Source of the DNA: a virus
Taxonomy: Duplodnaviria > Heunggongvirae > Uroviricota > Caudoviricetes
Virus record (IMG/VR): IMGVR_UViG_3300019487_000021
Reading direction: 5' to 3' (one strand)
DNA: 64,000 nt
Below are positions 8,645 through 18,492 of the stretch, piece after piece. How positions within the stretch are numbered: the stretch's first letter is position 1; every line of letters begins with the position of its first letter. Below the pieces are notes generated by a model. The model ran no database searches. It saw only the letters and a list, made by a program, of their open reading frames with translations, and had not been told where the DNA came from. The translations under genes were made by a program, and so were the position numbers.

Positions 8645-9024
8645 TGAATCTCTTTCAGCGTAAAGACTTTGTCCTCCATAGCGGAGGCGTTGCACACTAC
8701 AAAATAGAGTGCAATGCCTTAACCGACGAGGATCTCGAGACACTTGCTTGGATTGTAGCACAGAAAGGACCTTTCTGTGCTGTGTATGGTGTTCCAACAG
8801 GTGGAGTTCGTTTTGCTCAGGCGTTGGAAAAACATATCTCCAATCGCGGCGTGCGATTGATCGTTGATGATGTATTGACAACAGGAATGTCAATGGAGCA
8901 AGCAAAGGAACAACTCCTTTGGCACGATGCAGTCGGTGTTGTAATTTTCGCCCGAGGACCAGCACCTTCGTGGGTGAAGCCCTTGTTTCAAATGCACTGG
9001 ATCAACACAAAGGATACATTATGA
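8641..9024 (+). CDS. small phosphoribosyltransferase-domain protein
   Basis: PRPP-binding motif RLIVDDVLTTGMSM. Confidence 0.5.
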   Translation: MMNLFQRKDFVLHSGGVAHYKIECNALTDEDLETLAWIVAQKGPFCAVYGVPTGGVRFAQALEKHISNRGVRLIVDDVLTTGMSMEQAKEQLLWHDAVGVVIFARGPAPSWVKPLFQMHWINTKDTL

Positions 9025-9275
9025 AAATCTTTCAATACACGTACACGGAACCTGAGCTAGTTGAGTTCGCAAATCAAGTTCGTCGGTGTGTTGTTCGTGC
9101 GCTTCAGCACGAACAGGCATTAACGGCAGAACAAGCGACGAATTTTAACGACACGCATATTGTTGTTATAGCGGAACCGTGGCGATGGTTCCCTTGGTTC
9201 AAGAATCGTAAAAAAGGGGTGCGAATGACCGTTGTTAAGCTTCTTGAACGAATCAACGACGAACCGTACGAATGA
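9021..9275 (+). CDS. hypothetical protein
   Basis: ATG with AAGGA RBS; overlaps the previous stop. Confidence 0.4.
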   Translation: MKIFQYTYTEPELVEFANQVRRCVVRALQHEQALTAEQATNFNDTHIVVIAEPWRWFPWFKNRKKGVRMTVVKLLERINDEPYE

Positions 9276-9554
9276 TCACATACAGAATTGTTGCGCATGG
9301 AGTAGAATTACCCTCTATCATGCAAGAACTGTTGTCTTTGTAGAGAACTCTCATATATACTCTTCGAACTGTTGTTGCGTAGTTTTGGGTTACTTCATTT
9401 CCAGAAAACACCTAAAACGTCATTTGACTCAGCGGTCAGATTATAGAAGATTTGTGTGTTGCGTAGTCAAGGGTTACTTCATACTTGATATGGCGGCTCC
9501 CAATGCAGGGAGCCATTTCCCTCAACGAATAAACTCACACGATCGATATGGAAA

Positions 9555-9593
9555 AGCCCTGCTGACGTTTACGACGGCAGGGCTTTTTTTGTT
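9555..9593 (+). terminator. rho-independent terminator upstream of rsr
   Basis: AGCCCTGC...GGCAGGGCT followed by a run of seven T. Confidence 0.6.
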
Positions 9594-9637
9594 TGCAGTA
9601 CCATAATAACTTAACCCTCTCACAAGGAGATGCGAAA

Positions 9638-11370
9638 ATGTCAAAGCTCAACGCTCAGGGCAAGCGCCCAGTAAAGTCTACGTCTAACCATCGTTACGTA
9701 GCACCAGGAGTCCGTCACGTTCCTGTCGAAACTACTCTTGCTATTCCGGTAACGGAAACCGTCAGTGGAACAAAGAACCACTGCAGCACCTGTACGAACT
9801 TGCCGTGTCAACACTACTTGGTAAGGACACGTTCTACCGCACTAGCGACACACTTGTAAAGAATATGAAGACCAAGCTGAATGAAGCCGTTTCCATGGGT
9901 GCGTTTGACTTCGTTGCAAACGTTGCAATCCACGCTCGTGTGCAGATGGGCATCCGCTCACTGCCGATCATGTTGGTTGTCGAATTTGCAAAGATCCTCG
10001 CTGACTATCGTGCTCCGTACACGCAACAGCTGAACGACCTCCGTACACAACTCGCAAAGGCTCGCAGCGTAGCCAAAAAGCTTGAACTTGGTGACGAGAT
10101 TGCTCGTGTTCAGGCAATTGCGGAATCGTTCAACTACGAGAACATGCGCCGTTTGGTGTGTGATGTAATTCAGCGCGCCGACCAGATCACTGACCTCTAC
10201 GCTTATGCCCTTGAAGTGTTCGGTGGTAAGGGCAAGGTGCCGATGGCTGTGAAGCGTGGTGTAGCTGATGCTTTCAACAAGTTCAACGAATATCACTTCG
10301 GCAAGTACGACCGTGCTGGCTCGGTGAAATTCCGTGATGTACTGCGCATTGTTCATCCAACAGCTAAAAACGAGAAGCAAGGCGTGTTGTTTGAAAAGAT
10401 CATGAAGGAAACTCTAGCTACTCCGTACACTTGGGAAACCGAGCTTTCGAAGAATGGCCAGCTTCCGAAGGAAGAACGCCGTTCCGAGGCTCAAGTGTGG
10501 ACAGACTTGCTGGAGTCAGGCAAGCTTGGTTACATGGCTCTTCGTTCGAACGTTCGTAATATCATCAAGGCTGGTGTTGATGATGAAGTGATCGGTGTAT
10601 ACGTTGCAAGTGTGTTGGCTGATCCGAAGCGAGTTGTAGAAAGCAAGCAGTTCCCATTCAGCTTCATCCAGGCCCGCAATGCGATCCAGGAGGTTGGTGG
10701 TAACACGAAGATCCGTAACGCACTGGACAAGGCACTTGAGCTTTCATGCCGCAACATCCCAATGTTGGGCAAGAAGCTTGCTCTGATCATCGACAAGTCG
10801 GGATCGATGGTACAAGGCGTTTCAACGATGCCAGGCTTCACTCCGTTCGACCAGGCTGTAACACTAGCTGCAATGGTCGTAAAGGCACATGCAGATGCTG
10901 ATGACCTTGCCGTAATCGTGTTTGGTTCGGCCGCCGAAACACTAACAGACATCAACCCGAATGACAGCATCAACTCAATCGCGAACCGTATTCGCCAGTC
11001 AAAGGCTGGCGGTGGTACTCAATTCGATGTTGCGTTGCACGCGTTGAACCAGCTGGGATTCAAACCAGATGCCGTGCTTGTTATGACGGACGGTGAAATC
11101 AACAAGCTGTGGATCCAAGGCACGCGCCAGCTGGCTAGCATTCCATCGAGCACGTTGAAAGTTGTTGTCAACTTCCAGGCAGCAAACACAACTCCATTCC
11201 CAATCCGTGAAGGTTGGTATCCGATTGCAGGTTGGTCGGACAAGGTGTTCAAGTGGATTCCTGCGATCCACCAGAAAGTGACAGTTGTGGATGCGCTGTG
11301 TGCTCCATATGCGGGTGCAGAAGCAATGAAGGCTGCAATTCGCGCTGAAGCTGAAGAAACAGAAGAGTAA
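9638..11370 (+). CDS. rsr: Ro60/Rsr orthologue (TROVE plus vWA domains) with an apparent -1 frameshift near 9770-9800
   Basis: KFRDVLRIVHPTAKN matches the Ro60 motif SHKDLLRLSHLKPSS. vWA MIDAS LALIIDKSGSM...GGGTQ. RBS AAGGAG at ATG 9638 (frame 2); the body is in frame 1 from 9688 and has no ATG of its own. Confidence 0.7.
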
Positions 11371-11596
11371 AGCAAAGAAGAGTAAAGCAATGATCTACGT
11401 TGTGATAATTGGAATTTAAGACGTTCAAATTGAATGGTACATGAAAAATCAACGTTCAGAAGAGGCTTTCTTCGAGGTTCAAGAAGTTAACGAACTGTAG
11501 GGTCATCGTAAGCTGTTGACTTCATAAAGCTTTAATGTAAAGTGTTTTGTGTCACTTGCAAGTGGCAAATAACTAGAACTATATTAGGAGAAAGAC

Positions 11597-11794
11597 ATGT
11601 CCAAGCCTGCAAATTATGTCGGCAAATCGCTGACAATCAAAAAGGGTGCTTATGTTACGAGCGGCGGTAAGCTGACCCGTATCGTCAAGAACCCAACCAT
11701 CGTTACAATCCTTGCACAAGAGCCTGCCAAGAATGGAAAGACCCGTGTGTTCTGGAAGTCGATGGGTTACAAGGTTGCAACTCTGGTCAAGTAA
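11597..11794 (+). CDS. small hypothetical protein
   Basis: RBS AGGAGAAAG; TTGACT...TAAAGT promoter-like and CACTTGCAAGTG palindrome upstream. Confidence 0.5.
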   Translation: MSKPANYVGKSLTIKKGAYVTSGGKLTRIVKNPTIVTILAQEPAKNGKTRVFWKSMGYKVATLVK

Positions 11795-11822
11795 TTCTTG
11801 ACAGACCCTGCGCAGAAAAAGA

Positions 11823-11851
11823 AGAGGGAAGCAATTCCCTCTTTTTGTTTT
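11823..11851 (+). terminator. rho-independent terminator
   Basis: AGAGGGAA-gcaa-TTCCCTCT followed by TTTTTGTTTT. Confidence 0.6.
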
Positions 11852-12066
11852 ATGCTCCGAACCTGCACATCTAAGTATCATGAGGGCAATCGTCAAGTAT
11901 CCGTTACAGAATTCACTCGTGATAAAGAATCGTGACGGTCGTAGTTCGCCTCTTGCTGAAATCTTACAAGTTGCTGCTGTGGCGATTGCGTGTCTTGAAC
12001 GATATGGTTGTAACGGTTCGGCGGTTGCCACAAATGATCTGCCAGAATCTTCTCAGGTAGCCGCAA

Positions 12067-12543
12067 ATGGCCAAAGAGATTGAACGCAAATTCCTCGTCG
12101 ATAAAAAAGCTTGGAGACAAGCAAAAGACAACATCGTTCGTTCATATGTGATGACGCAGGGGTATCTTTCAAAGGCTCCGACCCATAATGTTCGTGTTCG
12201 TGTTTATCCTCACAAAGCCGAACTGACAATCAAAGGAAAGATGGTTGGCATTACACGTCCAGAATTCAATTACGAAATACCTGTCTCTGACGGTGATGAG
12301 CTATTAAAGATGTGTGATACAACCGTTAAAAAGACGCGACATTTTATCCAAATCGGTGATCATACGTGGACGGTCGACGAATTTTTTGGCGTGAATAAAG
12401 GTTTGCTTTTGGCTGAGATTGAACTGTCCGCAGAAAACGAGAAGTTTGAGCTGCCAGGGTGGATTAGTATGGAGGTAACCTACGATAGACGTTACACAAA
12501 CGCTTACTTAACCGCCCACAAAGTTGCTCATTCTCCGTCTTGA
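12067..12543 (+). CDS. CYTH-domain protein (class IV adenylyl cyclase / triphosphatase family)
   Basis: N-terminal EIERKFLV signature. Confidence 0.6.
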   Translation: MAKEIERKFLVDKKAWRQAKDNIVRSYVMTQGYLSKAPTHNVRVRVYPHKAELTIKGKMVGITRPEFNYEIPVSDGDELLKMCDTTVKKTRHFIQIGDHTWTVDEFFGVNKGLLLAEIELSAENEKFELPGWISMEVTYDRRYTNAYLTAHKVAHSPS

Positions 12544-12698
12544 ACCTCTTTGCGAAGTTTCTGTTTTTCTCTCGCACGGTCAAAATCTTTCTTCGACTTG
12601 TGTCCACCGGCTTTCTTAGCCACTAGCGCAGCATTCAGCGCAGCTGGAATTTGTGCAGGACGTTTCTTCTTACTCTCCAATAGTTGCGCAAGTTTCAT
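12528..12698 (-). CDS. small lysine-rich hypothetical protein (57 aa)
   Basis: Strong RBS GGAGGAAAAG before the minus-strand ATG; convergent overlap with the CYTH gene; absent from the ORF track because it is under 60 aa. Confidence 0.4.
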   Translation of the reverse strand: MKLAQLLESKKKRPAQIPAALNAALVAKKAGGHKSKKDFDRAREKQKLRKEVQDGE

Positions 12699-12797
12699 CT
12701 TTTCCTCCGGTGTTGATTTGACCCAACCTCCGACGTAGCCTTGTGAAGGATTCCTTAATCCGCTGGGGTAAAGGGGTATTTATAACTGGAGAAAGAC

Positions 12798-12989
12798 ATG
12801 CTAGCTTCTATCGGGGTGGTTGCGTTGCTATATCTGGCGATCGGCATTCTCGTTACGCTTGGCTTGCTCATTTTCGATCAGGATCTTCGACAAGAGTTCT
12901 CAGGCCACAAAACCTATGAAAACCTCGGTCTTGTAGCTGTGATCGTGATGGTGTGGCCATTGGCTGTGTACATATACGTGAAACAGTGA
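12798..12989 (+). CDS. small membrane protein
   Basis: Two hydrophobic helices. Confidence 0.45.
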   Translation: MLASIGVVALLYLAIGILVTLGLLIFDQDLRQEFSGHKTYENLGLVAVIVMVWPLAVYIYVKQ

Positions 12990-12990
12990 T

Positions 12991-13902
12991 ATGAAATTCC
13001 TAATGTGCCCACCTCATCACTACGGTGTTGAGTATGTGATTAACCCTTGGATGGAAGGGAACATTGGAAAAGTCGATCGCACACTTGCAACGAAGCAATG
13101 GGAAGATCTCTACAACGCTGTGTCGGAACACGCGACGGTTGAACTAATCGAACCACACCGTTCAATGCCAGATATGGTGTTCACAGCCAACGCTGGTGTT
13201 GTTATTCCGTGGCGAGATTTGTTCGTTGTCAGCTACATGTCAAAGCCTCAACGTCAACAAGAGCAACACTTATTTGGCGCTTGGTTCGAGCGGCGAGGTT
13301 ATTACGTGCGCTACCTCGACAACGAACTCAACATCAACAACTTTTTCGAAGGTGAGGGCGACTGTCTAATCGGTGAGCGAGGTGGGACACACTACAGCTA
13401 TAAAACGTGGGCTCACTTTGGTTACAAGAAGCGTTCGACATATGCTGGCACAAGAGAAGCATATGGAGCAATGTTCGATAACCCGCTTCATTTTTACTCA
13501 GTACCACATTCGTGTATTGATGATCAGCTTTCTCTTCCGATGTTGTCATACGAACTACAAACTGATCAGTTCTACCATCTCGACACATGTTTGGCAGTCC
13601 TAAAAGAGAAAAGAGTGCTGTATGACGCGGCGCTTTTTGCGACGTCTGCGCAATCTACCATTCCAATTGCTTTTAGCATTTTCGACGAAGAAGCGGACCT
13701 GCATGTTAGCGAAGAAGATGCAAATCAATTTGCGTGCAACATGATTGTCGTTGGTCGTCAGATTATCATGCCGGTCAGCTCGCCAGAATTAAAAGCCCAG
13801 CTTAAATCGTTGGGATATCAAGTCACTCAGCTCGACATGAGTGAGTTCATCAAAGCAGGCGGCGCCTGCAAGTGTCTGGTTCTAACGTTGGGAGGAGATT
13901 AA
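12991..13902 (+). CDS. pentein-fold amidinotransferase-superfamily enzyme (arginine/agmatine deiminase or DDAH-like)
   Basis: FTANAGVV, FYHLDTCL, C-terminal catalytic-Cys motif GGACKCL. Confidence 0.55.
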   Translation: MKFLMCPPHHYGVEYVINPWMEGNIGKVDRTLATKQWEDLYNAVSEHATVELIEPHRSMPDMVFTANAGVVIPWRDLFVVSYMSKPQRQQEQHLFGAWFERRGYYVRYLDNELNINNFFEGEGDCLIGERGGTHYSYKTWAHFGYKKRSTYAGTREAYGAMFDNPLHFYSVPHSCIDDQLSLPMLSYELQTDQFYHLDTCLAVLKEKRVLYDAALFATSAQSTIPIAFSIFDEEADLHVSEEDANQFACNMIVVGRQIIMPVSSPELKAQLKSLGYQVTQLDMSEFIKAGGACKCLVLTLGGD

Positions 13903-13905
13903 AAA

Positions 13906-14339
13906 TGCCTGTCTCAAAACATTTTTGGCTCGCTATAATGGTTGTGATTCTGCTTTGTTGGTTGTTGGGATGTGCTTCATCTCACGCAGCCGGGTTTGAT
14001 CCAAAAGATTGGGATGAAATTGCGTCTAACGATCAAGGACAATCATTTGCTCTTTCCAAGAAGGTACCAATCGAGTATGACAAGGATCACAACATAATTC
14101 GTGCATTCATTCTTACCGCTGATCGAACAGACCGTGAAACACCATTTACCATTCGAGAAAACATGGTGTACTGTTCGCAAAAACAGTTCATCATCATAAG
14201 CGAAGAATCATTTGGACCATACGGTACCTTTGTTCAAAAGATTACGAATCGTAAACGTCCTAGTGACTTCGCAAAAGGATCACTTCTCGATAATCTTTGC
14301 ATTGGCGTTCGTAGCACTGTCACACGGAAACTGATTTAG
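13906..14339 (+). CDS. lipoprotein
   Basis: RBS GGAGGAG; lipobox LLGC. Confidence 0.55.
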
Positions 14340-14423
14340 TGTTGTCTTGACCCTAGCAAAACGAGTACTTTGTACTCGCCTTCATCATTTTGATGGGGTC
14401 TTTCTTTTCGAAAAGGAAAATTC

Positions 14424-15290
14424 ATGAATTACAAACTCTCTTTTGTAGCAATCGTTGCAGCGTTTGCCACAACTGCTGTTTCTGCCGCTGACATCAATTG
14501 TAACGGTGGCTTCAGTGCAAACTGCAACAACAGCAACTTTGGTACAACTAACCAAGGCGGTCAAGGCGGTCAAGGCGGTCAAGGCGGTCAAGGCGGTCAA
14601 GGCGGTGTTGGAGTTGGGGTCGGGATTGGCAAGGGCGGTAACGTCGACAACAATATCGGAAACGGTATTGGCAACTTTTCGTCTTCTGCAAAGATCGAGC
14701 GTGGTGCAGTCGATGTTGACGTCGACAACACCAACGTCAACGTAAATGCCAACACAAACAAGCAAAAGCAAGGTCAGCTGCAAGGTCAGATTCAAGGTCA
14801 AGGACAGAAGCAAAAAGCTGAAGCTAACAACGAAGGCAACACTCAGGAAGTGAACCAGAACTACGAAGCACAAGCTCGTAACCCTGTGGCAACTGCCTAC
14901 GCTGCCCCGCTTGTTGCATCACCTGACACTTGTATGGGTTCAACCAGCGTTGGTGGTCAAGGGATTACGTTTGGTCTGTCAGTCGCTACTACATGGACGG
15001 ACGACAATTGCGTACGCCTGAAAAACAGCCGTGAGCTGCGTGCTTCGAACAAGCATGTTGCTGCTGATGCCCTGCTGTGCATGAACAGCGACGTTCGTGA
15101 AGCCATGAAGGTTGCTGGTACACCGTGCCCACAAGACACTGCTCCGAAGGCTGCAACTGGTCCTGCTCCTGTCAAGACCGTGTCTGATGACACCGTCCGA
15201 GCTGGTGGAACGATCAAGGCTCTGCCGCAAACTGCTCCGGTGAAGAGCCCTGCATTTCAGCCAGCTCTGAGCCGTCCAGGCCGTTCGTAA
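14424..15290 (+). CDS. secreted low-complexity Gly/Gln/Asn-rich protein
   Basis: Signal peptide; QGG repeats. Confidence 0.55.
   Translation: MNYKLSFVAIVAAFATTAVSAADINCNGGFSANCNNSNFGTTNQGGQGGQGGQGGQGGQGGVGVGVGIGKGGNVDNNIGNGIGNFSSSAKIERGAVDVDVDNTNVNVNANTNKQKQGQLQGQIQGQGQKQKAEANNEGNTQEVNQNYEAQARNPVATAYAAPLVASPDTCMGSTSVGGQGITFGLSVATTWTDDNCVRLKNSRELRASNKHVAADALLCMNSDVREAMKVAGTPCPQDTAPKAATGPAPVKTVSDDTVRAGGTIKALPQTAPVKSPAFQPALSRPGRS
14553..14606 (+). repeat. tandem repeat (CAAGGCGGT)x6 encoding QGG repeats
   Basis: Read directly. Confidence 0.85.
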
Positions 15291-15322
15291 CTCTTACGGT
15301 CGAACTAGTCGGAAAAGTAAAA

Positions 15323-15353
15323 GAGGCGTCTAAGGACGCCTCTTTTTGTTTGT
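15323..15353 (+). terminator. rho-independent terminator
   Basis: AGAGGCGTC-taag-GACGCCTCT followed by TTTTTGTTT. Confidence 0.6.
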
Positions 15354-15403
15354 GGAATCGTTTAACCCTACTATACTAAATACGCCGAGAAGAGGAGTAG
15401 CTG

Positions 15404-15880
15404 ATGGACGCATTGTATAAGTGGTGGTTCATTTTCTGTTCATGTTTAGTTGGTTCAATGTTTGTCCAAGGATTCGGTCTTTGGACCGCTCTTTGGCACG
15501 CAGACGCAACGAAAATTTCATTCGCGGTGATTGCTCTCTTCCTTGGCGTCACTTGTTACATTGGATACCAAATCAAACAAGTCAAAAAGTCTGCTTTTAA
15601 CATTCCTAAAGTCAACCTAGAATTGCCAGGCTTGTGGAACGCAACGGAGCAAATGAATGCACTTGGCATGATTGGAACGCTCGGCGGCTTCTTGATTATG
15701 TTGAATTTAGCATTCGGAGGCGACATTAACGTCAGTGATTCTGATGCAGCTCGTAAGTTAATCGCTTCGGCTGCTTTAGGTCTATCAACGTCTGCTTGTG
15801 CAACACTTGTCGGTCTGGTTTGTGCAACGCTCACAAAGCTTCAACTTGTAATTCTCGAGAAGTTCATCAATGAACAATAA
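15404..15880 (+). CDS. MotA/TolQ/ExbB-like small membrane protein
   Basis: LGMIGTLGGFLIMLNLAFGG resembles the ExbB/MotA channel motif; 3-4 TM helices. Confidence 0.45.
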   Translation: MDALYKWWFIFCSCLVGSMFVQGFGLWTALWHADATKISFAVIALFLGVTCYIGYQIKQVKKSAFNIPKVNLELPGLWNATEQMNALGMIGTLGGFLIMLNLAFGGDINVSDSDAARKLIASAALGLSTSACATLVGLVCATLTKLQLVILEKFINEQ

Positions 15881-16550
15881 CGACAATCCGAAGTACAAGC
15901 AGCAGATTGCTTGGATTGACCTCGTTTTCAATATGATGATGGCTTTCGCGTTCCTGTTTGTTTTGTCGTTTGTTCAAATTGCTGTTGCGAAAAAAGACGC
16001 ACAAAAGATCGACCCAAAAGCTGAAATGATGATTCAGATGACGTGGCCGGATAATGCAGTAGAAGACATCGATTTGTGGTTGCGATTGCCTGATGGAACG
16101 ATCGTTAGCTTCAAAAACAAAAGCGGCGGTCTTGCAAACCTTGAAAGAGATGATCGTGGCACGTATGGCGACCAAGTTGAAACACCAACTGGACCAGTAC
16201 ACAACCCCATCAACAAGGAAGTGATCATGATTCGTGGCCTTGTCCCTGGCACGTATACAGTCAACGTGATCTTCTATTCAGACATGAAAAATTACCCACA
16301 CATCGTTATGGGGCACATCATACCAGACGAGCCAAATCTACCAAAGCCTCCTTACAAGGTGAAGGTTGAGCTAAGTAAACTCAACCCTTCTTATAAAGAG
16401 ATCGCAATGAATGAAGTGGTAATATCGACGCCAAACGAAGAACGCACAGCGTTCTCGTTTACGATCACAGAAACGGGTGCGGTTGTTGACATCAACAAAT
16501 TTGATCGGCCATTTGGAGCAGCATCAAGCCTGCAAGACGGAGCGTACTAA
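15870..16550 (+). CDS. membrane-anchored hypothetical protein
   Basis: N-terminal TM helix; overlaps the upstream gene. Confidence 0.4.
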   Translation: MNNNDNPKYKQQIAWIDLVFNMMMAFAFLFVLSFVQIAVAKKDAQKIDPKAEMMIQMTWPDNAVEDIDLWLRLPDGTIVSFKNKSGGLANLERDDRGTYGDQVETPTGPVHNPINKEVIMIRGLVPGTYTVNVIFYSDMKNYPHIVMGHIIPDEPNLPKPPYKVKVELSKLNPSYKEIAMNEVVISTPNEERTAFSFTITETGAVVDINKFDRPFGAASSLQDGAY

Positions 16551-17023
16551 TGGATTTCGCTTTGTTCAAGTTGATGAGTCCGCTGCTGATTTTATTCAGC
16601 ACTGTTGTTGCTTTTTACACTTACTTGCTGATTAAAGTTCCGAACCGATACATTTTCAAGTGGGTTGGTATTCCTCTATTGCTGCTCGGTAGTTACTTCT
16701 CGTACATCGAATATGGAAAATCACTTGGTTATCCTCTTCCAATTGTTCCCGAAGGACGGTTCGTTTATCTTGCACACCATACAACTGGAAACGACATCAT
16801 CGAGCTATGGGTTCTTCAAGCTAACGGCCGATCACGTCTTTTTCTGATTCCTCGAACAGCACTGCTTGAAGGTTATTTGGAAGATGCTCGAGGACGTAAC
16901 GCGAAAGGGATCATCCAGTTTGGTCAACTAAAACGACGCAGCAACGGTAATGGCGAATGGGATTGGGATGAATCAACATTTGACAGCGTGCCAATCGAAC
17001 AGATGTATCCAAAAAAGCCGTAA
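16550..17023 (+). CDS. membrane hypothetical protein
   Basis: Two N-terminal TM helices; ATGA overlap. Confidence 0.4.
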   Translation: MDFALFKLMSPLLILFSTVVAFYTYLLIKVPNRYIFKWVGIPLLLLGSYFSYIEYGKSLGYPLPIVPEGRFVYLAHHTTGNDIIELWVLQANGRSRLFLIPRTALLEGYLEDARGRNAKGIIQFGQLKRRSNGNGEWDWDESTFDSVPIEQMYPKKP

Positions 17024-17326
17024 TTTGTTGATCTTCTTTTGACCCGCGGGTACGCTGATTGTCTTGTTAAAAGATTCAATCATGATTCGTAACCTATTCG
17101 CTACACTTATCCTGTTGTTCAGCACATCTGTGTTAGCTTAACAGGTTGTTCCATCGAGAGGCGTGACTGCATCATTCGATACCGTTGACAATGGGTTCAA
17201 AAATGATGACAATGGATTCAGTGGTAGCAACGACAATGGATTTAGCAGTTCCGACGACAACCGACTATAAGCAATATTAAGTGCGTGCCACTGTAATGTG
17301 CCACGCACTCCATTTGGAGACAAGTA

Positions 17327-17614
17327 ATGAGCACTTTCGCAGTCAAAGCTACTCGCATTCGTTCTATCGAGCCGATCGAAGGCGCCGACATGATTGAACT
17401 TGCTGTTGTCGGTGATTACCGTTCTGTGGTTCGGAAAGGTGATTACAAATCCGGTCAACTTGCTGTCTACATCCCTGAAGGGGCTGTACTACCTGAGTGG
17501 CTTATTGAGCGAATGGGCCTTACTGGCAAACTCGCAGGCAAACAAAAGAATCGTGTCAAGGCTGTTCGTCTTCGTGGTTGCTTGTCACAAGGTCTACTGT
17601 ATCCAGTCGATTGA
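17327..17614 (+). CDS. RNA-ligase N-terminal OB-like domain protein (Rnl5/DraRnl-family N-domain)
   Basis: 95-aa ORF whose stop overlaps the downstream ATG by one base (TGATG). Confidence 0.5.
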   Translation: MSTFAVKATRIRSIEPIEGADMIELAVVGDYRSVVRKGDYKSGQLAVYIPEGAVLPEWLIERMGLTGKLAGKQKNRVKAVRLRGCLSQGLLYPVD

Positions 17615-18492
17615 TGGCAGGACAAACGGCACATGACTATGAAGTTCCAACGGTTGCAACTCTCGACAATCGGGTTCTTGCAACGGAGGACAAAGACGTC
17701 GCCGAAGCTCTCGGCATTATCAAGTACGAGCCACCGATTCCTGCTTACATGAGCGGTGAAGTATATGCTGCTGGTCTCGATGTCACTGTCAAATATGACA
17801 TTGACAACTTCAAGGCTTTCCCGGACGTACTTGTCGATGGGGAACAAGTATCGTTTACGGAAAAACTTCATGGTACATTCTGCGGCATTGGCATTCTGCC
17901 GACTAGCCACTGGGATGACAAACACGTTCGTCGGAAGTTCGTTGTGTTCAGCAAAGGTCTTGGTGGTCAAGGGCATTGTTTCAAAGACACTGAACGTAAC
18001 TGGGGCAACGTATACTTTCGTGCGCTTACGGCTTCTGGCGTTTTCGAAAGACTCGAGACTCTAGTTGATCCTGCAGAAGAGTTCGACGATAAATTCTGGA
18101 ATACGCCAGTGTTTATTCTTGGCGAAGTCTACGGTAAGGGCATTCAGGATCTGGCCTACGGGATGAACGACATCAAGTTTCGAGTGTTTGACATCGCTTA
18201 CGGATATCGGAGTGAACTGAAATATGTCTGCCCGAAGTACATGCGTTTTGTTTGTGAGAATTTTGGCCTTGATTCTGTTCCAGTTCTTTACGAAGGCCCC
18301 TTCAGCAAGGAAGTCATGCTGCAGCATACAAAGGGGTGGGAGACTGTGTCAGGTGGGTCGGCGAATATTCGTGAAGGGATCGTTATTCGACCCACCCAGG
18401 AACGGTACGATCCAACTCTTGGTCGAGTGATCCTGAAAAGTGTAAGCGATGATTACTTGCTGCGCAAGGGCGAGATTACGGAGTACCAATGA
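17614..18492 (+). CDS. ATP-dependent RNA ligase nucleotidyltransferase domain (Rnl2/Rnl5-like)
   Basis: Motif I FTEKLHGT (KxHG). Confidence 0.6.
   Translation: MAGQTAHDYEVPTVATLDNRVLATEDKDVAEALGIIKYEPPIPAYMSGEVYAAGLDVTVKYDIDNFKAFPDVLVDGEQVSFTEKLHGTFCGIGILPTSHWDDKHVRRKFVVFSKGLGGQGHCFKDTERNWGNVYFRALTASGVFERLETLVDPAEEFDDKFWNTPVFILGEVYGKGIQDLAYGMNDIKFRVFDIAYGYRSELKYVCPKYMRFVCENFGLDSVPVLYEGPFSKEVMLQHTKGWETVSGGSANIREGIVIRPTQERYDPTLGRVILKSVSDDYLLRKGEITEYQ

Noticed and set aside
11880-12083. ORF overlapping the CYTH gene start
   Set aside because: No RBS; overlaps the better-supported CYTH gene and is mirrored by antisense ORFs.
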